64,000 nucleotides of DNA from an uncultured Actinomycetes bacterium (GTDB taxonomy: Bacteria > Actinomycetota > Acidimicrobiia > Spongiisociales > DATADW01), in NCBI GenBank assembly GCA_963758695.1, contig CAVWWM010000006.1, forward strand, positions 77,167-141,166. The letters run 5' to 3'. A program made the translations under genes and the position numbers. How positions within the stretch are numbered: position 1 is the first letter of the stretch; each line of letters begins with the position of its first letter. The notes under the pieces are model-generated. The model was not told the origin of the DNA, ran no database searches, and worked only from the letters and a program-made list of their open reading frames with translations. Of this stretch, positions 31,655 through 41,194 are shown piece by piece.

Positions 31655-31732
31655 CCCCGTCTGACCTGCTACGATTTCCGGACGCCCTGCCCTCGCGGCG
31701 GCGGCGAATCCCTTGGAGGTAAGAAACCACCC

Positions 31733-33568
31733 ATGACCACCGAACACGAGCCGTCGCGTGCGCCCGACGAGGCGACAACGGCGGCGACCACCACCATCGA
31801 TGAGATCGATGGTGTGACCGCGGCCGGAGAGTCCGGCGAGACCGAGAACCCGCAGGAGACGGCTGCCGAACCAGTCGAGCAGACGGAAGACACCGCCCCA
31901 GAGCAAGTCGCCGAGGCGATCGACGAGACCGAAATCGTCGAGACTGCCAACGAAGCCGACGAGGTCGAGGTCGCCGAGGCTGTCGAAACTCCTGATGTCA
32001 CCGATGAGCTCGAGAGCTCCGACGTGGTTGACGACGTAGTCGAGACCGCCGACGAGCCCGAGGTCGCCGCGACCGTCGAGACACCTGATGTCACCGATGA
32101 GCTCGAGAGCTCCGAAGTGGTTGACGACGTGGCCGCCGACGAGTCCGAGGTCACTGCCGATCAGGTCGAGGCCGTTGCCGCTTCGGTCGATGTTGTCGAG
32201 TCGCCGGAAGAGCCCGCAGCGGTTGCGACTGAGCCGGCAGCAAGCGGAGACGCGGAACGCCGATCTCGTCCACCCGGTCCGGCAGCGATCGTGGCACCCA
32301 ACGTGGGTGACCTCCCCGATGAGATCGCCGATGACTTCGTCGCCGCCCTCGAGCACACCGTGCTCGAGTTCAAGGAAGGCGACATCGTCGAGGGCACTGT
32401 GGTGACCGTGGATGGCGATGGGGCGATGCTCGACATCGGCTACAAGTCCGAGGGAATCATCCCCACCGAGGAACTGTCGATCCGCAACAACGTCAACCCT
32501 GGCGAGGTGGTCCAGGTCGGTGAGCGGATCGAGGCTCTTGTCCTCAACAAAGAGGACGAAGAGGGCAGGCTCATCCTCTCCAAGAAGCGGGCTCAGTACG
32601 AGCGTGCCTGGGACCGCATCCAGCAGATCACCAATGAGGGCGGCACGGTGCGTGGCCCGGTGATCGAAGTGGTCAAGGGCGGTTTGATCGTCGACATCGG
32701 CCTGCGCGGCTTCCTTCCTGCTTCGCTCGTCGAGTTGCGCCGAGTGCGCGACCTCGACCCGTACGTCGGTCAGGAGATCGAGGCAAAGGTCATCGAGCTC
32801 GATCGCAACCGCAACAACGTCGTGCTCTCCCGCCGCGCCTACCTCGAGGAGGAGCAGGCCGAACAGCGCCAGGCGTTCCTCGACCAGCTCGCCGTTGGTG
32901 AGGTTCGCCAAGGTGTGGTCTCGTCGGTCGTCGCTTTCGGCGCCTTCGTCGACCTTGGCGGCATGGACGGTCTGGTCCACGTCTCCGAGCTCTCCTGGCA
33001 GCACGTCAACCACCCGGGCGAGGTGGTCAAGGTGGGCGACGAGGTCACTGTCAAGGTGCTTGAGGTCGACCTCGACCGCGAGCGGATCTCACTCTCGATA
33101 AAGCAGACACTCGAGGATCCGTGGGTGACCTTCATCCGCGAGAACAGCGTCGGATCTGTGGTCGAGGGTGTGGTGACCAAGACGGTCCCCTTCGGAGCGT
33201 TTGTCTCCGTGGGCGACGGTGTCGAAGGTTTGGTGCACGTCTCCGAGATCGCGATCCACCGGGTGGAGTCACCCGAGCTGGAACTTTCGATCGGACAGCG
33301 TGTCCAGGTCAAAGTGACCGAGATGGAGGAGGAACGCCGTCGGGTGAGCCTGTCGATCAAGCAGGCGCTTCCCGATTGGTCGGAGAGGCGCGAGCCGCCG
33401 GCGGCGGCGCCGGCTGCGTCAGCGCCGACGAGCAGGCCGGAGCGCCGTCCCCCTACCAGACACGAATTCGAGCGCGAGCCCGAGGAAGAGCGCCCGGCGG
33501 TCAGCGTCGACGCCTCCCTCGAGGCGATCCTTCAAGAGCTGAAAGAACGTGGGATCGGGCGCCGCTGA
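31733..33568 (+). CDS. rpsA: 30S ribosomal protein S1 with ~190-aa acidic repetitive N-terminal extension
   Basis: GGAGG sits 8 nt upstream of ATG 31733. From DEIADDFVAALEHTVLEFKEGDIVEGTVV onward the four S1 domains are highly similar to Mtb RpsA (LILSKKRAQYERAW, VVKGGLIVDIGLRGFLPASLVE...). The N-terminal 190 aa are D/E/T/V-rich, with two ~30-aa repeats (ETPDVTDELESSDVVDDV). Confidence 0.9.
   Translation: MTTEHEPSRAPDEATTAATTTIDEIDGVTAAGESGETENPQETAAEPVEQTEDTAPEQVAEAIDETEIVETANEADEVEVAEAVETPDVTDELESSDVVDDVVETADEPEVAATVETPDVTDELESSEVVDDVAADESEVTADQVEAVAASVDVVESPEEPAAVATEPAASGDAERRSRPPGPAAIVAPNVGDLPDEIADDFVAALEHTVLEFKEGDIVEGTVVTVDGDGAMLDIGYKSEGIIPTEELSIRNNVNPGEVVQVGERIEALVLNKEDEEGRLILSKKRAQYERAWDRIQQITNEGGTVRGPVIEVVKGGLIVDIGLRGFLPASLVELRRVRDLDPYVGQEIEAKVIELDRNRNNVVLSRRAYLEEEQAEQRQAFLDQLAVGEVRQGVVSSVVAFGAFVDLGGMDGLVHVSELSWQHVNHPGEVVKVGDEVTVKVLEVDLDRERISLSIKQTLEDPWVTFIRENSVGSVVEGVVTKTVPFGAFVSVGDGVEGLVHVSEIAIHRVESPELELSIGQRVQVKVTEMEEERRRVSLSIKQALPDWSERREPPAAAPAASAPTSRPERRPPTRHEFEREPEEERPAVSVDASLEAILQELKERGIGRR
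31975..32160 (+). repeat. Two ~90-nt tandem repeats inside the rpsA N-terminal extension
   Basis: gtcga[a/g]ac[t/a]cctgatgtcaccgatgagctcgagagctccga[c/a]gtggttgacgacgt occurs at ~31986 and ~32076, spaced 90 nt apart. Confidence 0.8.
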
Positions 33569-33671
33569 GGCGCGGTTCCCGCACTCGCCGCTCAACCGAA
33601 CGGGTCGCACGGCCGATGGAACCCTGGTGGGAAGGGTCCGAATGACCCTGTCTTTGGCCGAGGAGCGTTGA

Positions 33672-34626
33672 ATGGGAAGACGGACCCTGGTCCTCATCGT
33701 TGCGTTGCTGCTTGCCGGGGTGGCAGCTTTCGCCGTGTTTCGATTCCTCACTGGCGTCCAGAACGAGCGGATCGAGGCCACGAGCATGCAACAGGTCTAT
33801 CGGACCTTGAATCGCATCGAGGCAGGAGAGGATGGCAACCTCGTCCTCCAGAACTTTGACCAACGTCTCGAGGTTGCCGACGAGGTTGTCGAGCTGACTC
33901 CGCCGTTGGCCGTCGACGCCGAGCCACTCGAACCCGGTGAGGTGGGGATCGATCAGGCGCTGTCGGGAAAGGTCGCCGCCGGACCGATTCCGGCCGGGGC
34001 GGTCGTCACCACCGACATGTGGATCGACCCGGTACAGGCAGCGCAGCCACTCGAGCAGGTGGTGAGCAGCGGCAACCAAGCGGTGACCGTGCCCGTTGAT
34101 GCAAGCAGAGCTGTTGCTGGGTTCATTCGCCCAGGCGACACCGTCAATGTTCTGGTGACGCTCAAGGTCGAGGGCACTCCCATCACCGAGGATGCCCCCG
34201 CTCTTGACCCGCAGCAGGAGTCCGGAAGTGGTGAGCCAGAAACCATCACAAAGACGTTGACCCGCTACGTGCTCTTCAACAAGCACGTGCTTGCGGTCGA
34301 CGACCAGGTTGTCGTCCCGGGTGCCGATGATTCGGCGACGGTCGCGGCTCCTGCTCCGACGCCTTCCGAAGACGGTTCGGTTACCGCACCAACCACACCG
34401 GAAACCGCGGGCTGGGAACGGGTCACTTGTCGATCGAGTGCAACTGGTCACCTTGGAGGTCAACTCTGAGGAGGCGGAGCAATTGGTTTTCGCCGTGGAG
34501 GCGGGAGACATCTGGCTCACGTTGGCCACGGATGACTTTGTTGTAGAGGAGACCGGCGGCGTTGTCATCGACTCGCTCTTCGGGGAAGATGCGGGAGTCC
34601 TCGATCAGTACTTCGAGTTGGACTGA
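33672..34626 (+). CDS. cpaB: Flp pilus assembly protein CpaB/RcpC, one frameshift near 34440
   Basis: N-terminal TM anchor and periplasmic SAF-like region, as in CpaB. The C-terminal VQLVTLEVNSEEAEQLVFAVEAGDIWLTLA is in the 34291 frame. Confidence 0.7.
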
Positions 34627-34657
34627 TGCCGGCAACAGGACGCCCTGGGGATGGCCG

Positions 34658-35821
34658 ATGATCGGCGAGGAAGGCGGAGTGATCGTCGTCGATGACGACG
34701 AAGAATTCCTCGACGAAACGAAACGAGCGCTCGACGGCAAGGTTCCAACTGTCCGTTTCCTCACCGATGTCCAGCGCCGCATCGACGATGGCACCGCCTG
34801 GGTAGTGGTACTCGGCCCGTCGTTCGCGTCCGAGCCGGCAATGGAGAGCGCCGCCATTCTCCGTGAGGAGAACGAAGATCTTGGGATCATCTTGGTGGCT
34901 GCCGACATAGAGCCCAGCGTGCTGCGCGCCGCCATGCGCGCCGGGGTGCGCGACGTGATCGAGGCTCCTCTCACCGAGGAGCGTCTCGACGAGGCCGTGG
35001 CGCCCCTGTTACGGCGTCGGCCGTCGGTGGAACTAGCCCCGTTGCCCAGCGAGGGACGCGTGGTCACCGTGATGTCGCCAAAAGGAGGAAGCGGTAAGAC
35101 GGTCCTCGCTTCCAACCTGGCTGTGTTGCTTGCCCAGCAGCTTGGCGACGGTCGTGTCGCGTTGGTGGATGCCGACCTTCAGTTTGGCGACGACAGCCTG
35201 GTGCTCCAGCTCGAGCCGCGTCTCACAGTGATCAATATCGTCCACGACATCGACCGGCTTGACGAGGCACTGGTCGACTCAGTGCTGGCGAGGCATCCCA
35301 GCGGACTCCGGGTGCTCCCCGCTCCACTGGAGCCGTCCTACGCCGACGAGATCAGCGTTTCTTCGATGATCGACATCGTGGGTGTGATGCGCTCGATGTT
35401 CGACGTAGTGGTTATCGACACGTCCTCGTCGTTCGACGAGATGCTGCTCTCGCTCTTGGAGCGGTCTGATCTCGTACTGATAATGGTCGACATGGACCTG
35501 CTGTCGGTGAAGAACGCCAAGCTGGCGTTGGACACTCTTCGATTGCTCAAGTTTCCGTCAGCGAAGATCAACCTGGTTCTCAACCGGGCCAACGCCCGGG
35601 CACGGCTTGATGAGAGGGAGATCGAGAAGACGCTCGGGGTGAAGGTAGCGGCGCGGATCCCATCGGACGCGGCCATTCCCGCCTCGGTCAACGAAGGCAG
35701 GCCTGTCGTGCTCGGATCTCCAAAGTCGAAGACGGCGAGGGGTTTCGAAGAAGTGGCAGCGTTGGTGACAGGCGCTCGAGCGACTGCCGAAAGGGGGCGT
35801 AGGTCGTGGTGGCGCTCATGA
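34658..35821 (+). CDS. cpaE: Flp pilus assembly protein CpaE/TadZ (receiver-like N-domain + ParA/MinD-type ATPase)
   Basis: VIVVDDDEEF...AGVRDVIEAPL (receiver-like) then VVTVMSPKGGSGKTVLASNLAV (deviant Walker A) ...DADLQFGD. Confidence 0.8.
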   Translation: MIGEEGGVIVVDDDEEFLDETKRALDGKVPTVRFLTDVQRRIDDGTAWVVVLGPSFASEPAMESAAILREENEDLGIILVAADIEPSVLRAAMRAGVRDVIEAPLTEERLDEAVAPLLRRRPSVELAPLPSEGRVVTVMSPKGGSGKTVLASNLAVLLAQQLGDGRVALVDADLQFGDDSLVLQLEPRLTVINIVHDIDRLDEALVDSVLARHPSGLRVLPAPLEPSYADEISVSSMIDIVGVMRSMFDVVVIDTSSSFDEMLLSLLERSDLVLIMVDMDLLSVKNAKLALDTLRLLKFPSAKINLVLNRANARARLDEREIEKTLGVKVAARIPSDAAIPASVNEGRPVVLGSPKSKTARGFEEVAALVTGARATAERGRRSWWRS

Positions 35822-35879
35822 AGTTGTCACCGGGCTTCGGTAGCATGGACCTATTCGGTCGGGGGACCAAGGGGCGGGG

Positions 35880-37256
35880 GTGAATATGGCGTCATTGTCG
35901 GAACGGGTAGCCGCGGCGTTGGCGGAGGGCCGCACTCAGCCGTCTGCAACGCTGCACGAAGAGCTGCGCGTCAGCATGCATTTCCGCGTCATCGAAGAGC
36001 TCGGACCCGTCCTTTACGACCGGGCACTGACCGATGATGAGTTGCGGCGCCGAGTGCTGGACACGTTGGAACGGTCGCTCGACAAAGAGGCTCGAGCCGG
36101 CCTTTCCAAGGTGGAACGCGACCATCTGCTCGCCGAGATCACAAGCGACGTGCTCGGCTACGGGCCTATCGATCCCTTGCTCAACGACCCCACTATCACC
36201 GAGGTGATGGTCAACGGGCCATATGAGGTATTCGTGGAAAGGGCGGGCAAGATCGTGGCCACGCCTATCCGATTCGTGGACGGCATCCATCTCCGCCGGA
36301 TAATCGACAAGATCGTCGGCCAAGTAGGTCGTCGGGTAGACGAGGCGACACCGATGGTCGATGCCCGGCTCCCGGATGGCTCCCGGGTCAACGCTGTGGT
36401 CCATCCCCTCGCCATCGGCGGGCCTTTCCTCACCATCAGGAAGTTCGCCGTCGACCCCTTCACCGAGCATGATCTGATCAGCCTCGGAACGCTGAGCCCT
36501 CAGCTGGCCGACCTGGTCCGGGCGTGTGTACTCGGCCGCCTCAACATCATCATCAGCGGCGGAACAGGCTCTGGCAAGACGACGACGCTCAACGTGCTCT
36601 CCTCATACCTCCCGGTCGAAGAGCGGATAGTCACCATCGAGGACGCCGCCGAGCTCCAGTTGCATCAGGACCACGTGCTCAGTCTGGAGTCGCGCCCCGC
36701 CAACCTTGAAGGCAAGGGCGAAGTGACGATTCGCGACCTGGTGCGGAATGCACTGAGGATGCGGCCCGACCGCATTGTGGTGGGCGAGGTTCGAGGCGGA
36801 GAGACGCTTGACATGCTCCAAGCGATGAATACCGGCCACGACGGTTCGCTGACCACGGTCCACGCCAACTCACCGCGCGACTCGCTCTCCCGGATAGAGA
36901 CCATGGTTCTGATGTCCGGTTTCGAGCTGCCGGTTCGCGCAATCCGCGAGCAGATCGCGTCGGCGGTCCACCTCGTCATCCACATATCCCGGCTGCGGGA
37001 TGGCTCGCGGCGCGTTACCCATGTGACCGAAGTGGGCGCCATCGTCGGCGACCAGATCGAACTGCGTGACCTCTTTCTATTCGACTACGGGATGGGGATT
37101 GATGAGGACGGGCGATTCCTCGGCCGTCTCAAGGCGACCGGTCGCCGTCCCGAGTTCCTCGACCACCTTCTCGACGTCGGTATCGACGTGCCATTGGACG
37201 CATTCGACGCCGAGTCCCTGGTGCGTCGAAGCGACTCTTTCTCAGTCGTCCAATGA
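35880..37256 (+). CDS. tadA: Flp pilus assembly ATPase CpaF/TadA (type II/IV secretion ATPase)
   Basis: IISGGTGSGKTTTLNVLSSYLP (Walker A), IVTIEDAAELQL, GHDGSLTTVHANSPRDSLSRIETM. Confidence 0.9.
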   Translation: MNMASLSERVAAALAEGRTQPSATLHEELRVSMHFRVIEELGPVLYDRALTDDELRRRVLDTLERSLDKEARAGLSKVERDHLLAEITSDVLGYGPIDPLLNDPTITEVMVNGPYEVFVERAGKIVATPIRFVDGIHLRRIIDKIVGQVGRRVDEATPMVDARLPDGSRVNAVVHPLAIGGPFLTIRKFAVDPFTEHDLISLGTLSPQLADLVRACVLGRLNIIISGGTGSGKTTTLNVLSSYLPVEERIVTIEDAAELQLHQDHVLSLESRPANLEGKGEVTIRDLVRNALRMRPDRIVVGEVRGGETLDMLQAMNTGHDGSLTTVHANSPRDSLSRIETMVLMSGFELPVRAIREQIASAVHLVIHISRLRDGSRRVTHVTEVGAIVGDQIELRDLFLFDYGMGIDEDGRFLGRLKATGRRPEFLDHLLDVGIDVPLDAFDAESLVRRSDSFSVVQ

Positions 37257-39204
37257 AACGACTCCGAGTCGTTCTCATGCTGGCCGCGGTTGCCGGGGTC
37301 ATTGCGGCTAACCCCGCCGCGGCTCAGGATGTCGAGCCCGAACCCGGAATCCAGATCTCGACCCTCGACATCGACCGTTACCCAGACGTCATCATGGAGA
37401 TAGTCGGAGTCGATATGTTTGATCCGCTCGACCCCGAACTGATCACCATCACCGAGGATGGCAAGCCGGTTCCATCGGATCGAATCCAATCAATCGCCGC
37501 GATGGGTGACACCACGACAACGGGTGTCGTGTTGGTGATCGATGCCTCGAACAGCATGAGAGGCAGCAAGCTGGCCGATGCAAAGGAAGCAGCCCTCGCC
37601 TTCGTCGAGCAGAAGCGGCCGCAGGACGAGGTGGCGGTGATCGCATTTGGCCCACAACCTTTGACAAGCTGGGCTTCACTTCCGACGTCGCCCAACTCAG
37701 CACCTTCATTGAGGAGATCGAAGTCCTGGGCGGCGAGACTCGGCTCTACGACGCCGTATTCGAGGCTGCGGAGATGTTTGCCTTTGAACCAAGTCTCGAC
37801 GCCAACGCCATAGTCCTAACGGACGGTGTCAATACCGATCGTTTCACTACGCACACCCTCGACGAGGCAATCGCTGAGGCACAGAACGTCGAGATGACCA
37901 TCTTCAGTGTCGGCATCGTCGGTTCGGATTTCAACGAGGAGCCCCTGCAGCGCATGGCGGATGCCACGGGCGGCGTCTACACACCGGTGGACCGCGAAGA
38001 GTTGCTCGGGTTGTTCGAGGAAATCGGGAGCACTCTCGCTAACCGCGTAGTGGCGAGATTCACTGCAGCGGAGTCCGGATACAAGGAGGTCACATTCGGC
38101 GCCAAATATGGCGACGACCTCGAGGATACTGAGAAGGTGTTGGTGCCCGGCTTCCTGGTCACGACCGTGCCGGCTCCAACGACGACTGTGGTTGTCCCTC
38201 CCTCGACCTACTACCGGACATCGAGCCTTCCCGCCAGCCCAAACACGCTGCGGATCCTGATCGCGGTGGCCGCCTTTGCCGTTGTCGCCATGTTCGTCCT
38301 CATCTTGGCGTGGGGCCGTGAAGACGAGGAGCGGCTCGGAGGTCGCCTCAGGGCCTACGGAACGCCCGAGCCGGTAGTCGAGCGTGGCGGCATCCTGAGC
38401 AGGCTTCCAATATTCCGTCACCTTTCTGCACAGGCGGAGGCTGTTGCACAACGGCGCGGTTTGACCGGTGCGATCAATACGGCGCTCGATTCGGCAAACA
38501 TCCTGCTTCGCCCCGGTGAGGCGATCGCCGCAGCCATCGCCCTCGCTGCAGTCGCCGGTGGCTTGGTGGCAGTGGTGATGAGGTCATTGCTTTGGGGAGC
38601 TGGAATCTTCCTCCTGGCGGTTCTTATTGTCTTCGCTCTTATCGAGCGCGCAGGGCGAAGCGAACGGGGCAAGTTCGAGCAGCAGCTTCCGGACACTCTC
38701 ACGTTGATGGCGACTTCCTTGCGGGCCGGGTATTCGTTGGTTCAGGCGATCGAGTCGGTCGCCGGCGAATCGCCCAACCCGACAGGTCGCGAATTCGGAC
38801 GCGCCATGGCCGAATCACGTCTCGGCCGCCCAGCGGTCCAGGCGCTCCAAGGCGTATCGGATCGGATGAGCAGCGAGGACTTCCGATGGACGGTGATGGC
38901 CATCGAGATCCAGCGCGAGGTGGGGGGAAACCTCTCCGAGGTGCTCCAGACCGTCGCCGACACGATGGTGGCGCGTAACCGCTTGAGAGGTGAGGTCAAA
39001 GCACTTACCGCCGAGGGTCGGATCTCCGCGCTGGTACTGGTTTTCATCCCGATCGCCCTCTTCGCCTTCTTGTTTGTCACCAACCCCAACTTCCTGGAGC
39101 CTCTGTTGACCAACCCGATCGGTGTTGTTGCGCTGGCGGTCGCCGCCCTGCTGATGGTCGTCGGCATCTTGTGGCTGCGCCGGCTTGTAAAGATCGAGGT
39201 GTGA
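37253..39204 (+). CDS. tadB: Secreted vWA-domain (TadG-like) fused to TadB (T2SS-F domain) membrane protein; one frameshift near 37690
   Basis: Signal peptide MKRLRVVLMLAAVAGVIAANPAAA; the vWA MIDAS region VVLVIDASNSMRGSKL...AVIAFG (37253 frame) continues in the 37774 frame (TTFDKLGFTSDVAQL...IVLTDGVNTD...). Then a Pro/Thr linker, a TM helix and TadB domains (LMATSLRAGYSLVQAIESVA ...). Confidence 0.75.
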
Positions 39205-39205
39205 A

Positions 39206-40141
39206 GTGCAGTGGTCGCTGCTGATCGCCGTTATCTTGGTCTTCGTGGCGGTCGCCGCCCTCGGTATCTGGGTGGGCGGTGGGGTGGTGCGTGCCCGAGC
39301 CTCATCTACGACCAGCCGGTTGGCGCTTTACGGCCGCGCAAGCCTCCGTGATGGAACCTTGCGAGAGCAGACGCTTCGCCGGCCCATGGTGGAGCGGGCT
39401 ATCGCACCGATATTCCTCGGCGCGGGTCGACTATTCGGCCGATTCACCCCGTCGGGGTTCGCCCGGCGTACCCAACGCAAGCTGGTCCTAGCCGGAGTCA
39501 GCCGCAGCCTCGACCCCAACGCTTGGGTTGTCGTGAAGGTCATGTTGATCGTGGCGGGTGTAGCTATGGCGGCATTGGCGCTGAGTCAGGTCAATGGACT
39601 GATGCGGTTCGTGTTGGCGGCGTTGTCGATTCTCGCCGGGATCCTGCTCCCCGATGCTTGGTTGCAGCGCCGTATCGAAGAGCGCCGCGTGGCGATGCGT
39701 AACGCGCTGCCTGACGTTCTCGATCTCCTGGTGATCAGCGTCGAGGCGGGGCTTGGGTTCGATTCGGCGTTAGCCCGGGTCGTTGCCACCGTGCCTGGTC
39801 CGCTCTCCGAGGAGTTCTTCCGGATGCTGCAGGAGACCAGGGTCGGCGTCAGCCGGCGCGACGCAATGCGGCACCTGCTCGACCGTACGGACGTCGACGA
39901 GTTGCGGTCGTTTCTACTCGCCATGCTCCAAGCTGAGGCATTCGGGGTATCGATCGCTCGCGTGCTCCGGATCCAGGCGGATGAGATTCGGAACAAACGT
40001 CGGCAGCGGGCTCAAGAAAAGGCTTTCGGAGCACCGGTCAAGATGGTGTTCCCGTTGGTGTTGTGCATCTTCCCAGCACTCTTGGTGATCTTGCTGGGGC
40101 CTGCCGCGGTCAGTTTGTCGCAGGCTTTTTCGGGGCTTTAG
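39206..40141 (+). CDS. tadC: Flp pilus assembly protein TadC
   Basis: Multi-TM T2SS-F-family protein (ALPDVLDLLVISVEAGLGFDSALARVV...RDAMRHLLDRTDVDELRSFLLAMLQAEAFG). It follows tadB in the usual tad order. Confidence 0.8.
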   Translation: MQWSLLIAVILVFVAVAALGIWVGGGVVRARASSTTSRLALYGRASLRDGTLREQTLRRPMVERAIAPIFLGAGRLFGRFTPSGFARRTQRKLVLAGVSRSLDPNAWVVVKVMLIVAGVAMAALALSQVNGLMRFVLAALSILAGILLPDAWLQRRIEERRVAMRNALPDVLDLLVISVEAGLGFDSALARVVATVPGPLSEEFFRMLQETRVGVSRRDAMRHLLDRTDVDELRSFLLAMLQAEAFGVSIARVLRIQADEIRNKRRQRAQEKAFGAPVKMVFPLVLCIFPALLVILLGPAAVSLSQAFSGL

Positions 40142-40276
40142 CCTCGAACCGCATCGCAAGCGGTGCACGCTCTCGACCTGTCCGAATAGGAGCTCTCGAC
40201 ATAGCAAAAGGCCGACCGGGTTGTATCCCGGCCGGCCTCTGCCTTCACATCGGTTCGGAGTCGCGATTCGTGCTAC

Positions 40277-40474
40277 TCAGGGAACTGGGGCTCCCTCAAC
40301 CGAGTCGGCGATGCTGCCGAACTGCACGTCGAGAGCGTTCCCCAACAAGACCATGCCAGCCACAGCAACCAATGCGATCACCACGATCAGCAGGGCGTAC
40401 TCCACGAGGCTGGCGCCGAGATCGCTGTCCCGAAACCTGATCCACCCTGATACCAAATGAGTCCAAAATGCCAT
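40277..40474 (-). CDS. flp: Flp/Fap pilin subunit
   Basis: 65-aa prepilin with the Flp motif G-ASLVEYALLIVVIALVAVAG. Confidence 0.8.
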   Translation of the reverse strand: MAFWTHLVSGWIRFRDSDLGASLVEYALLIVVIALVAVAGMVLLGNALDVQFGSIADSVEGAPVP

Positions 40475-40528
40475 ACAGACCTCCTCCGACTCCGGTTCGC
40501 GTCACCGTATCATCGGCTTGAGCCCCGT

Positions 40529-40552
40529 GATATAGGTCGCCCGACCTATATC
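40529..40552. promoter_or_regulatory. Perfect 11+2+11 palindrome GATATAGGTCG-CC-CGACCTATATC between the RR stop and the flp start
   Basis: Read directly. AT-rich arms in a GC-rich genome. It lies 7 nt past the LuxR-family RR stop and ~55 nt upstream of the flp start codon. Confidence 0.6.
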
Positions 40553-40558
40553 GAAGGG

Positions 40559-41194
40559 TCAATCTCGTCGGGTGACGATGCCCAACCGGATCGCCTCAAC
40601 CGCCGCTTGCGCCCGGTCGCTCACCCCCAGCTTTGCGTAGATGTTGGCGAGGTGGTTCTTCACAGTCTTCTGGGAGATGAACAGGGCTTCTGCCATCTCA
40701 TCGGTTGCGGTGACCCCCTGGGCGAGAAGTCTGAGTAGTTCCTTCTCCCTCTCGGTCAGGGCCGCCGCTCCTGGGTCGAGCCGCGCCGCTCTGTGTCGGT
40801 CGAGCACATCCGACAATGTGCCGGCGTCGTCCAGCGCTTCGCCCGCCTCGACGGCCCTGATCGCCGCCGCCAGATCGCTCAACGGCACCCCTTTGGAGAG
40901 AAAGCCCATAGCGCCGGCTTCCATCGCCGCTATACGGTCACCGTCGGCTACGTGCATTGAGACGACCAGTGTCGGTGGTGGCGTTTCGAGCCGTTCCAGG
41001 ACTTCGAGCCCGGTTGCGCCCGGCATGTCGATGTCCAGCAACAGGACATCCGGGTTCCGACTGGCGAGAAGCCGAATGAGCGCCTCACCGTCACCCACTC
41101 TGCCAACCACGCGCATGTCGGGTAATGCGTTGAGGGCTTGGGTGACCCCGTCGACAAACATCTGGTGGTCGTCGGCCACGATCACGTCGATCAT
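40559..41194 (-). CDS. NarL/FixJ (LuxR)-family response regulator
   Basis: Receiver domain (VIVADDHQMFVDGV...LLLDIDMPGATG) plus a C-terminal LuxR HTH (LTEREKELLRLLAQGVTATDEMAEALFISQKTVKNHLANIYAKLGV). Confidence 0.9.
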   Translation of the reverse strand: MIDVIVADDHQMFVDGVTQALNALPDMRVVGRVGDGEALIRLLASRNPDVLLLDIDMPGATGLEVLERLETPPPTLVVSMHVADGDRIAAMEAGAMGFLSKGVPLSDLAAAIRAVEAGEALDDAGTLSDVLDRHRAARLDPGAAALTEREKELLRLLAQGVTATDEMAEALFISQKTVKNHLANIYAKLGVSDRAQAAVEAIRLGIVTRRD

